Assembly (NCBI GenBank): GCA_945865925.1
Contig: CAMBFG010000002.1
Coordinates: 12,421 to 76,420, forward strand
Reading direction: 5' to 3'
DNA: 64,000 nucleotides
From: Dehalococcoides mccartyi
GTDB taxonomy: Bacteria > Chloroflexota > Dehalococcoidia > UBA2979
Shown one piece after another: positions 20,367-28,679 of this stretch (position 1 is its first letter; every line of letters starts with the position of its first letter). The translations under genes were made by a program, and so were the position numbers. The notes beneath the pieces were generated by a model, which saw only the letters and a program-made list of their open reading frames with translations, was not told where the DNA came from and searched no databases.

Positions 20367-21220
20367 GCACACTCACGGAACAACGTGTGGCCGTTGGCAC
20401 CCGTGTCGGCGGACGAACCTTCGAGGTCCCCGCGGCGAAGATCGTGCGCAGCATCGCAGTGAACGTGGGCTCGCTCGCCGCAGCGGCCGGCATCCTCGGA
20501 CTGATCTGGGGCATCGCCGCCGCGACAGTCGGTGACGACCTTCCGGGCCCGATTGCGACGATGAAGACATTCTTCACATTGGTCAGCGACCCGTTCTACG
20601 ATCGCGGACCAAACGACAAGGGCATCGGCATCCAACTCGGCGCCTCGCTCTGGCGAGTATTCCGCGGATTCGCGGTCGGGACAGCTGTGGCGATCCCGCT
20701 CGGCGTGCTCATCGGCTCGAGCGAGATCGGACGCCGCGTGTTCGACCCGATCGTGCAAGTCTTGCGACCGGTCTCACCGCTCGCCTGGTTCCCGATCGGC
20801 CTCGTCACCCTGCAGTCGGCTCCGGATGCCGCCGTGTTCGTGGTGTTCATCACGTCGCTCTGGCCCACGGTCATCAACACCGCTTTTGGCGTGTCGAGCA
20901 TTCCGCAGAGTCACCGCAACGTGGCGCGAGTCTTTGAGTTCTCGCCAGGCACCTACCTGCGCCGGGTCGTCATCCCTCACAGCCTCCCGCACATCCTCGT
21001 AGGACTGCGCCTGAGCATCGGTATCGCCTGGGTGGTGATCGTGGCGGCGGAGATGCTCTCCGGCGGCACCGGCATCGGGTTCTACGTCTGGGACGCCTGG
21101 AACGCCCTCGACCTGCAGCGCGTCATCTCCGCCATCCTGCTCATCGGCATCGTCGGCCTGCTCCTCGACCGCGTGGTCTCGATGATCGCCCACCGCTTCG
21201 AGTACCCGGAGGTGCCGTAG
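20363..21220 (+). CDS. nrtB: Nitrate ABC transporter permease
   Basis: DPFYDRGPNDKGIG, LRPVSPLAWFP, IVAAEMLSGG. Confidence 0.9.
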   Translation: MSTLTEQRVAVGTRVGGRTFEVPAAKIVRSIAVNVGSLAAAAGILGLIWGIAAATVGDDLPGPIATMKTFFTLVSDPFYDRGPNDKGIGIQLGASLWRVFRGFAVGTAVAIPLGVLIGSSEIGRRVFDPIVQVLRPVSPLAWFPIGLVTLQSAPDAAVFVVFITSLWPTVINTAFGVSSIPQSHRNVARVFEFSPGTYLRRVVIPHSLPHILVGLRLSIGIAWVVIVAAEMLSGGTGIGFYVWDAWNALDLQRVISAILLIGIVGLLLDRVVSMIAHRFEYPEVP

Positions 21221-22062
21221 TGACCCTCACCACTCATCCTGAAACCCCCATCGATCCGTTCGCCGATCGCCGCTGGCGCGAGACGAGCCGTGCTCCTCAC
21301 ATCGAGGTAGCCGGGGTCGAAGTCTCGTTCGGCGCCTACACGGCGATCACGGGCATCGACCTCGCGATCGCGCGGGGGGAATTCGTCAGCCTGATCGGCC
21401 ACTCCGGCTGTGGCAAATCGACCTTGCTCAATCTGATGGCAGGCCTCGGGCGACCGACGCAGGGCACGGTCCAGGTCGAAGGCCAGATTGTCGAGGGCCC
21501 GGCCGCGGATCGCTGCATGGTCTTCCAGCATCACGGCCTCCTGCCGTGGCTCTCTGTGTACGACAACATCTACGTGGCCGTGGATGCTGCGAGGCGATCC
21601 CACACCACCGACGAGAAGGCCGCGCGCGTGGAGCGTGTGCTCCAGGCCGTGCGGATGTGGGACCACCGAACGAAGAAGCCTGGCATGCTCTCTGGCGGCC
21701 AGCGTCAACGTGTCTCGGTTGCGCGTGCGTTCGCTGTGGCGCCTTCAGTCCTCCTTCTGGACGAGCCCTTCGGTGCGGTCGACGCGCTCACCAAGCGGGC
21801 GCTCCACCGCGAACTCGTCGAACTGTCAAGCATTGTCGGCACGACGGAGACCGTCGTGATGGTCACGCACGACATCGACGAAGCGATCTTCTTGTCTGAT
21901 CGCATCGTCGTAATGACCGACGGGCCTTCTGCTGGCATCCGCGAGATTGTGGACGTGCCGATTGCGCGCCCCCGCACGCTATCCGATGTGATGCACAGCC
22001 CGGTCTACATCGAACTCCGAGACCACCTGCTCAGCCTGCTCGGTGACGACGAACCGCGATAG
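21220..22062 (+). CDS. nrtD: Nitrate ABC transporter ATP-binding protein (NrtC/NrtD type)
   Basis: GHSGCGKST, LSGGQRQR, LLLDEPFGAVD, VTHDIDEA. Confidence 0.88.
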   Translation: MTLTTHPETPIDPFADRRWRETSRAPHIEVAGVEVSFGAYTAITGIDLAIARGEFVSLIGHSGCGKSTLLNLMAGLGRPTQGTVQVEGQIVEGPAADRCMVFQHHGLLPWLSVYDNIYVAVDAARRSHTTDEKAARVERVLQAVRMWDHRTKKPGMLSGGQRQRVSVARAFAVAPSVLLLDEPFGAVDALTKRALHRELVELSSIVGTTETVVMVTHDIDEAIFLSDRIVVMTDGPSAGIREIVDVPIARPRTLSDVMHSPVYIELRDHLLSLLGDDEPR

Positions 22063-22082
22063 CACTCGACACGAGGGACTTC

Positions 22083-22823
22083 ATGACGTCACAACCCGCT
22101 CCCTGGATCAGCCGGCTGTTCTCGTTCGGCAGTAAGGCGAGGACGGCCTCGACGCGTCCCGCCTCGGAACGGCGCATCCGAGAAGGGATCCGACCGCCGA
22201 AGTTCGCAGATAAGTTCGCATTGCTCGACTTCGAGGCGCCGGTCGCGCCGGTCATCTCGATGTTCGCGCCGCCGCCCGAACTCATGCTGGGCGACGTCAC
22301 GATTGGCATCCGCGGCGAAGACCTCAAGTACGCCGACATCCCGTGGTCGACCCTTTCGGCGGTGCCACGCGTCTCGATGAAGGCACCGATGGTCTGTCAG
22401 ATCTTCAACTGGAACGAAGAGATCGAGTGGTCGGGCATCCGACTCGCGGACTTCCTGGAAGCAACCGGATTACAGGTCCACGACCTCGGCTACTTCGTCA
22501 TTCACTCTCGCGATGGCCAATACTTCGAGACGCTCTCGCGCGATGAGGCACTGGACCCGCGAGTCATGCTCGTCAACCAGATGAACGGCCTGCCGCTCCC
22601 ACACGAATACGGCGGCCCGGTCCGCCTCGTGGTGCCGTTCCTGCAGGGGTACAAGAGCGTGAAGTGGGTGGCGCGCATTCACGCCTACCGACACGACCCC
22701 ATCGGCATCAAGCGGCTGCTCGGTCAGAGCAAGTCCGGTGCGCTGGGCCGTGCCTGGCTCGACAAACTCGGAATCGTCCCCGCCGAGGGCCGTGCAGGCG
22801 ATCCGGCCCCCGACCGCGTCTAG
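22083..22823 (+). CDS. Sulfite-oxidase-superfamily molybdopterin-binding oxidoreductase (single Mo domain)
   Basis: Putative Mo-ligand Cys in MVCQIFNW; WSGIRL, MNGLPLPHEYGGPVRLVVP, GYKSVKWV. Confidence 0.85.
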   Translation: MTSQPAPWISRLFSFGSKARTASTRPASERRIREGIRPPKFADKFALLDFEAPVAPVISMFAPPPELMLGDVTIGIRGEDLKYADIPWSTLSAVPRVSMKAPMVCQIFNWNEEIEWSGIRLADFLEATGLQVHDLGYFVIHSRDGQYFETLSRDEALDPRVMLVNQMNGLPLPHEYGGPVRLVVPFLQGYKSVKWVARIHAYRHDPIGIKRLLGQSKSGALGRAWLDKLGIVPAEGRAGDPAPDRV

Positions 22824-24238
22824 CGCAGCGCGAGCACGTCACCCGCACCCGTAGCGACGAACATGGCGGCGCGCGTCGGCGCCAGACTGCGGATGCCATC
22901 GATCTTGCGCTCACCCACGGGCTTGCCGGTGGCCGCGTCCAGCAGCAGCAGGCGGCCTTCCTCGCCGAAGAGGAACCCGTCGGCCGTGGCGATCGGTGCG
23001 ACCACGAGACGACCCGTCGTGGTGCTCCAGACCGGCTTCCCGTCCGCGAGGCTCAGCGCAGCGGCCACCCCATCACGGGAGGTCACCACCGTGACGTCCC
23101 GACCGACTGCGGCAGGCATCGTCGTCCGCGGGAGCGACGTGACGTCCCAGATGGTCGGCGCGGGCGGAACCGCCGGTGCCATACCGATCAGGTGGAAGCG
23201 AAACCATGCGCCTCGGACGCCGTCCCACCACGGGCTGCGTGAGGACGTCTCGAACACCGTCGCGTTCCGGCCGTAGAGGGCGAGCACGCGTCCGTCGCGC
23301 ACCGCCAGCGAGGACGGCTGCGTCCGGGAGAACGCCACATGGAACGTGACCTGGCCGTTCGTGCGGTCGAAGGCAACGGACTTGTCTCCCGTTGCAACGA
23401 CGAGGTACTGACCCTCGACGACCGGCGCGACGGTTGCCCAGCCCACGTCGAGGATCTGCTCCCAGAGAATGCGGCCAGTCTCGGCGTCGAACGCGAACAG
23501 GCCATCGGTGCTGTAGGTGTACACGACGCCATCGACTACCACGGGCGACGCCTGGAACGAGCCGGCGACGAAGCGTGACTGCCACGCCTCCGTGCCGTCC
23601 AACGCGCTCACAACGGTTACGCGCCCTTCGCGCTGAGCGATGTACACGCGGTCACCTGCGATCACCGGCGCCGCAAATGGCGCGGTGCTGAGGGGCAGCG
23701 TCCACAACGTCTTGCCGCTGGCCGCATCAAGGCCGACCACACGGCCGTCCTCGAGTGCCGCCACGACAATCCGCCCATCCGAGACGAGCGGCGTGGCCAC
23801 CGGTGAACCAAGCGAGACCTTCCACGCTTCCGCTCCGCCAACCCGCGAAGGCGCGTCGATGGAACGGAGGCCGCGGGCGTCGCCCTCGGAGGTGGTCCAG
23901 GCGCCGGTAGCCACGGAACGTGTGGCGACCGTCGGGCGGTCAGGCTTCGGCGGCTTGTCGATGAAGGTGGCGTAGACCCACCACCCCACCAGGAGGACCA
24001 GGATCCCCAGCAGCCCGTAACGCCAGATCTGCCCGGCTGAGAACCGCCCCTGCTCCATGCGCTTCGCGAGGCCTGCCTCGACCTTGAGCGCCGTCGCGGC
24101 TTCCTCAGCGGTCAGCGGCGTGACCGACGCGATGTCGCGCCAGCAGTGGAGACAGCGTTCGGAACCGGCGCTGACGCGCCCGCAGGCTGGGCAGCGCCGG
24201 GCGATCTGCGGCTGAACGGGGGCAAGGGTTTCGGGCAT
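22820..24238 (-). CDS. Membrane-anchored PQQ-like/BamB-like beta-propeller protein with N-terminal zinc ribbon
   Basis: CPAC..CLHC, one TM helix, repeated (A/G)(L/F)DAxxGxxxW blades. Confidence 0.8.
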   Translation of the reverse strand: MPETLAPVQPQIARRCPACGRVSAGSERCLHCWRDIASVTPLTAEEAATALKVEAGLAKRMEQGRFSAGQIWRYGLLGILVLLVGWWVYATFIDKPPKPDRPTVATRSVATGAWTTSEGDARGLRSIDAPSRVGGAEAWKVSLGSPVATPLVSDGRIVVAALEDGRVVGLDAASGKTLWTLPLSTAPFAAPVIAGDRVYIAQREGRVTVVSALDGTEAWQSRFVAGSFQASPVVVDGVVYTYSTDGLFAFDAETGRILWEQILDVGWATVAPVVEGQYLVVATGDKSVAFDRTNGQVTFHVAFSRTQPSSLAVRDGRVLALYGRNATVFETSSRSPWWDGVRGAWFRFHLIGMAPAVPPAPTIWDVTSLPRTTMPAAVGRDVTVVTSRDGVAAALSLADGKPVWSTTTGRLVVAPIATADGFLFGEEGRLLLLDAATGKPVGERKIDGIRSLAPTRAAMFVATGAGDVLALR

Positions 24239-24305
24239 GGCGACGATCCTAGCAGGCGCTCGAATCCCCGCTCTGCCGGACGAGTTCCACCGTCAGATTT
24301 GAGTC

Positions 24306-24974
24306 CTACGCCCGTCGCCCGCGGCGTCCCGCCGCAACCAGCAGCCGCGCCACGACCGCCCCGACGGTCAGCGCCGCCGTCACGAGGTAGAGCGCCCGCG
24401 CGGGCCACGCCAGGGCGTCACTCCCCGCCTGGAGCGCATGGGCGAACGCCAGGATGCACATTCCGAACGAGAGCGCGTGGATCGAGCGCCACCACGCGTA
24501 GGGGATGTAAGCACGCAGCCACGAGGAGATCGCGACGAGGGCCAGGCCCCAGAACGCGACCGTCCCCAGCGCGATCTGCACGCGCATCACGTCCGAGGTA
24601 TAGGGCACCAGCGCCCCTACCAGGGTGATATCGCTGAACGAGTGCGCCACGAACACGGCGACATGCGCGACCACCGCGATCAGCCCGGCCACTGTCCACT
24701 GCTGGTGGAACTCGATCAGCCAGCGTCGCGAGAGCAGCCCCTCCACACCGCGCGCGCTCACGAGGGCCCCCGTGAACAGCGAGGCCCACAGCGCCACGTA
24801 AGAGACGAACCCGGTCGCGCGGCCGGCGTACCAGAGCAGCGGCGTCTCCGATTCGTCGGCCACCGTCAGCAGCGCCGGCACGACGAGGAGCAGCGCGCCG
24901 GTGAAGCAGACGACCGCCAGCCAGCGCACCGGCGCGAGGAGCAGCGGCGGTTCAACCGAGCGTCGGGTGCTCAA
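24306..24974 (-). CDS. Ferric-reductase-like (MsrQ-type) transmembrane cytochrome b
   Basis: About 6 TM helices, WYAGRATG, four candidate haem His (FHQQ, AHVA, IHAL, AHAL). Confidence 0.82.
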   Translation of the reverse strand: MSTRRSVEPPLLLAPVRWLAVVCFTGALLLVVPALLTVADESETPLLWYAGRATGFVSYVALWASLFTGALVSARGVEGLLSRRWLIEFHQQWTVAGLIAVVAHVAVFVAHSFSDITLVGALVPYTSDVMRVQIALGTVAFWGLALVAISSWLRAYIPYAWWRSIHALSFGMCILAFAHALQAGSDALAWPARALYLVTAALTVGAVVARLLVAAGRRGRRA

Positions 24975-25818
24975 GCCACGCCCCCATCCCCGGCGTCATC
25001 CACCATCCACCGTCGTCACCTTCGATCAGCACTTCCGCCCCATGCGAGCGCACGACATCGAGGCTGCCGGTGCCGCCTGCGACGAGCGTCGTCGCCAGCA
25101 CATCCGCTGTCGTCGCGCGCCGGTGCGCCACCACCGCGCTCCGGACGCCTCGGAACGCGGGCGCGCCGGTCGAGGTGTCGATCACGTGGTGGGCGACCAC
25201 GCCGCTCGCCGTCATCCACCGGCGCTTCGCCGTCGACGACGTCGCCACGGCGCCGGGCCCGAGCCATGCCACGAGGCCATCCCCCACGCCGACCGGCCAC
25301 GGCACCGAGGGCGTGTTGCCTGCGCGCAGGTCCCCGCCGCCGTCGACGAGGTACCGGTCGACTCCGTGCGCCTCGAGGTAGTCGGCGACCGCATCGACCG
25401 CCCAGCCCTTGCCGATGCCACCGAGGTCGAGCGTCCCCTCGCCATCGAGGGTCACCCGATCGCCCGCCACGGTCGCGGAAGGCCGAGCCGTATCGGGATA
25501 GCCGACGACGCCGCTCTGGACTACCTCGAAACTGCGGTCGTAGCCGGCTGCCACCAGCGCGGCCCCAACACCCGGGTCGAAGACACCTTCGGTCGCGTCG
25601 CGCCACTCGAGGGCGGCTCGGACGACGGCGGCCAGCAAGGGATCCGTGGCGGTGCGGTCGCGGTTGAGCGTGCTCAATGCGGAGCACTCGCGAAAGCGCG
25701 ACAGGCGGGCCTCGATGTCCCCTACGAGCGCCTCAATGTCGTCGAGGACACGCGGGGTGGCGCCGTAGGTGCGCACCCACCACTCCGTGTTCATCGCGTG
25801 GAAGGTGCGCTCCTGCAC
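24952..25818 (-). CDS. apbE: FAD:protein FMN transferase
   Basis: LSRFRECSALSTLN, DLGGIGKGWAVD, GGGD, VATSS, HHVID, ADVLAT. Confidence 0.93.
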   Translation of the reverse strand: MQERTFHAMNTEWWVRTYGATPRVLDDIEALVGDIEARLSRFRECSALSTLNRDRTATDPLLAAVVRAALEWRDATEGVFDPGVGAALVAAGYDRSFEVVQSGVVGYPDTARPSATVAGDRVTLDGEGTLDLGGIGKGWAVDAVADYLEAHGVDRYLVDGGGDLRAGNTPSVPWPVGVGDGLVAWLGPGAVATSSTAKRRWMTASGVVAHHVIDTSTGAPAFRGVRSAVVAHRRATTADVLATTLVAGGTGSLDVVRSHGAEVLIEGDDGGWWMTPGMGAWLEHPTLG

Positions 25819-25827
25819 GGTCGAGGC

Positions 25828-26313
25828 TCAGGAAGCCCGCGACGGCCGGATGATCCGGCGCGGCGTCGCAGTCACCGAGGGCGTCGCGGAGGCGGTGGGT
25901 ACCGCCGTCGGCGTCAGGGCAGGAGTCGCCGTCGGGGCGGGGACGAGTCCCGGGGCTGGCGCGGTAGGTGACGAGGCGGTCGCCGCGGTAGCCGTCGCTC
26001 GCGGGGCAGTCGCCGTGGCCCCGGCCACGGCAGTGCTCGTAGGAGCCGCTGTGGGGCTGCTGGTGGCTGTTGGGACGGGCTGTGCGGGCGCTGGGCTCGT
26101 CGTACCGGCCGGCGTCGATGTTGCCGCGACAGGCGCGCTGGAGGCCGGGTCGCCGCCGGAGCTTCGGATGGCCTCGGCCAGCGCCGTCGAGTCCTGCTCA
26201 GCCGCCTCGCGTGCACGGCGCGATTCGTCGGCGCGGGAGACGCCGAACCACGATCCCGCCAGCACAGCCAGCGAGGTTGCCGCCACGAACAGGTTGACCA
26301 GCGTCCGCCGCAC
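25828..26313 (-). CDS. Membrane-anchored Pro/Thr/Ala-rich protein with C-terminal SRAS (candidate flavinylation substrate)
   Basis: GTG start, N-terminal hydrophobic helix, long low-complexity PAT linker, ends PRRIIRPSRAS 9 bp before apbE. Confidence 0.7.
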   Translation of the reverse strand: MRRTLVNLFVAATSLAVLAGSWFGVSRADESRRAREAAEQDSTALAEAIRSSGGDPASSAPVAATSTPAGTTSPAPAQPVPTATSSPTAAPTSTAVAGATATAPRATATAATASSPTAPAPGLVPAPTATPALTPTAVPTASATPSVTATPRRIIRPSRAS

Positions 26314-26433
26314 TACGCCCCCTGCGCGGCCCCCGCCGCGACTGGTGCCCGAATCTGTGCGCAGAGCGCCGTGAAGACGTCCGCGTGCAGTCTCGGGCTC
26401 AACATCAGAACGATACCTTCCCGCTGTTCGTTT

Positions 26434-26460
26434 GGAATGCGATAGGAACGTCATCGGTAA
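26434..26460. promoter_or_regulatory. Candidate OmpR/PhoB-type direct-repeat binding site
   Basis: GGAAT/GGAAC/GGTAA at 26434, 26445 and 26456 (11-bp period) in the divergent intergenic region. Confidence 0.4.
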
Positions 26461-26510
26461 CGCCTGTGTCGGCACAGCACCGTCACAGGATTCGGACGTA
26501 CGCTCAGTGC

Positions 26511-27176
26511 ATGCGAATTCTCGTGGCCGAAGACGACACCCGCCTCGCCCGCCTCGTAGAGCGCGGACTTGCCGCTGAGGGACACGACGTCCAGGTGGCC
26601 CATGATGGCGAAGAAGCGCTCTTCCTCGCCCGGGAGGCTCTGCCTGACCTCATCGTGATGGACGTGATGATGCCGCGCCTCGATGGGTTCGAGTGTGTCC
26701 GCCAGATGCGGGCCGAGCGCATGGACACCCCCGTCATCTTCCTGACGGCGCGCGGGCAACTCGATGACCGGGTGAAGGGCCTCGACCTGGGCGGCGACGA
26801 CTACCTCGTCAAGCCGTTCGCGTTCGACGAACTCACTGCCCGTGTGCGCGCGTTGGGCCGCCGCGCCGCTGGTGCCGAGGGCGACGTCCTCACGTCGGGG
26901 CGCGTCTCGCTCGATGTGCGCCGGCACGAGACGAGTGTGGACGGGGTCGCCGTCGACCTCTCCCCCACCGAGTACCGCCTCCTGGAGCACCTCATGCGCC
27001 ACGTCGGTCAGGCACTGACCCGGCAGGCGATCCTCTCCGCCGTCTGGGGCTTCGACTCAGAACCGGAACCGAATGCCGTTGACCTCTATGTGCACTACCT
27101 CCGCCGAAAGTTGGGGGATGCCGTCGCCATCGCGACGGTCCGAGGTGTGGGCTACCGCCTCGACCGAGCCGTCTGA
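26511..27176 (+). CDS. OmpR-family response regulator
   Basis: ILVAEDD, MDVMMP, FLTAR, DDYLVKPF, winged-helix TVRGVGY. Confidence 0.95.
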   Translation: MRILVAEDDTRLARLVERGLAAEGHDVQVAHDGEEALFLAREALPDLIVMDVMMPRLDGFECVRQMRAERMDTPVIFLTARGQLDDRVKGLDLGGDDYLVKPFAFDELTARVRALGRRAAGAEGDVLTSGRVSLDVRRHETSVDGVAVDLSPTEYRLLEHLMRHVGQALTRQAILSAVWGFDSEPEPNAVDLYVHYLRRKLGDAVAIATVRGVGYRLDRAV

Positions 27177-28673
27177 GTGATCCGCCGCGCCCGACTGCGC
27201 CTGACGCTCTGGTACAGCGCCGCACTCCTCGTGGTGCTCCTCATGCTGTCCGTGGTCACCTACACCGCTGTGACCCGCACGCTCCGACGCGAACTCGAAG
27301 AAGGCATCTCCAGCGCCGTCACCCAGTGGCTGGAGGTCTCACGACGCCCCCCGGCGCGTCCCGGTGAAGGGCCCGCCGCCCGCGGTCCCGGGTTCAACCT
27401 CCGGCCGAACGCCACACCCTTCACCCGTGCCACATCGACGGCCACACCACTGGCAGCAGCATCCCCGGACGCCACCCCAACCGTAACCGCAGCAGGTGCC
27501 ACAGCCTCGCCGTCCCCGCAGGCCTCGCCCCCAGCTGCGCCAGCGACTGCTGCGCCGCCACGCCCAGCCGGCACGCCTCGTGCCCGCCTCGACCCCCGGC
27601 TCCTGTTCGCCGGAGACACTGCTGACGTCACCGATGTGGGCTCTACCAGCGATGTCTTCCTCCTCGCCTACCGCGCAGACGGCGTGCTGGCAGTCAACCA
27701 GCGGCGGGTGAATCCCGAGGCGATCACGACCTCCGACGCTGTCGCCAAGGCACTGGCCGGTGAAGCTTCGTGGGCGACCGTGCATGACGACGGCGTCAAC
27801 CTCCGCATCCATGCGAGCCCGATCGAGGTTGCAGGGCGTACGGAAGGCGTCGTCGTCGGTGCGCGCAACCTGGACGAGTACGACCGGCAGGTCCGCGCCG
27901 TACTGACCGTCCTGGCGATGGTGGCCGTTGGCGGGGGACTCATGTCCCTGGCGGGCGCCTACCTGTTCGCCGGCCATGCGCTGCAGCCGCTGGAAGAAGC
28001 CTACGGACGCCAGCGCTCGTTCGTCGCGGACGCCTCCCACGAACTGCGTTCCCCCCTTGCTGTCATCCGCGCCTCGGTCGACCTCTTGCTGCGCGAGCCG
28101 CTGCCCGCACCTCACCGCGAGAGCGTGGAGGAGATCCGAGACGTCACGCAGGAGGCTGCCACCCTGATCGACGACCTGCTCGAACTCGCGCATGCCGAGG
28201 AAGGCACGCCCGGCCACGCCGACAGCGATCTTGCTGTTGAGGTATCAGCAGCCATCGAGCAAGTCAGAGCGATCCTCGAACGGCGGAACCACGCGGTGAG
28301 CACCGTGCTCGCCCCGGTCCAGGCCGGAGCGGCGGGCGCGGAAGTCCGTCGCATCGTGCGGGCGCTCCTCGAGAACGTCGCGGCCCATACGCCCGAGGGC
28401 ACGCCCGTCCGCGTGGAGGTCGCCGAGCGCGGCGGCCACGCGATCCTCGCAGTTGAAGATGCCGGCCCCGGGATCCAGGACGGCCAGGAAGCGACCGTCT
28501 TCGAGCGGTTCGCGCGCCTCGACGAGGCACGCACACCCGGCACCGGCCACGGCGCCGGGCTCGGCCTCTCGATCGTACGAGCGCTGGCAGAGCGTCGAGG
28601 TGGCACGGTCAGCGCGTCACGCCCCGCGGACGGCGGCCTGCGCGTCGAGGTCTCGCTCCCCCTCGCGAAGTAG
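27177..28673 (+). CDS. Sensor histidine kinase
   Basis: Two TM helices, H-box DASHELRSPL, DAGPGI, FERFAR, GAGLGLSI. Confidence 0.93.
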   Translation: MIRRARLRLTLWYSAALLVVLLMLSVVTYTAVTRTLRRELEEGISSAVTQWLEVSRRPPARPGEGPAARGPGFNLRPNATPFTRATSTATPLAAASPDATPTVTAAGATASPSPQASPPAAPATAAPPRPAGTPRARLDPRLLFAGDTADVTDVGSTSDVFLLAYRADGVLAVNQRRVNPEAITTSDAVAKALAGEASWATVHDDGVNLRIHASPIEVAGRTEGVVVGARNLDEYDRQVRAVLTVLAMVAVGGGLMSLAGAYLFAGHALQPLEEAYGRQRSFVADASHELRSPLAVIRASVDLLLREPLPAPHRESVEEIRDVTQEAATLIDDLLELAHAEEGTPGHADSDLAVEVSAAIEQVRAILERRNHAVSTVLAPVQAGAAGAEVRRIVRALLENVAAHTPEGTPVRVEVAERGGHAILAVEDAGPGIQDGQEATVFERFARLDEARTPGTGHGAGLGLSIVRALAERRGGTVSASRPADGGLRVEVSLPLAK

Positions 28674-28679
28674 CGCGGG

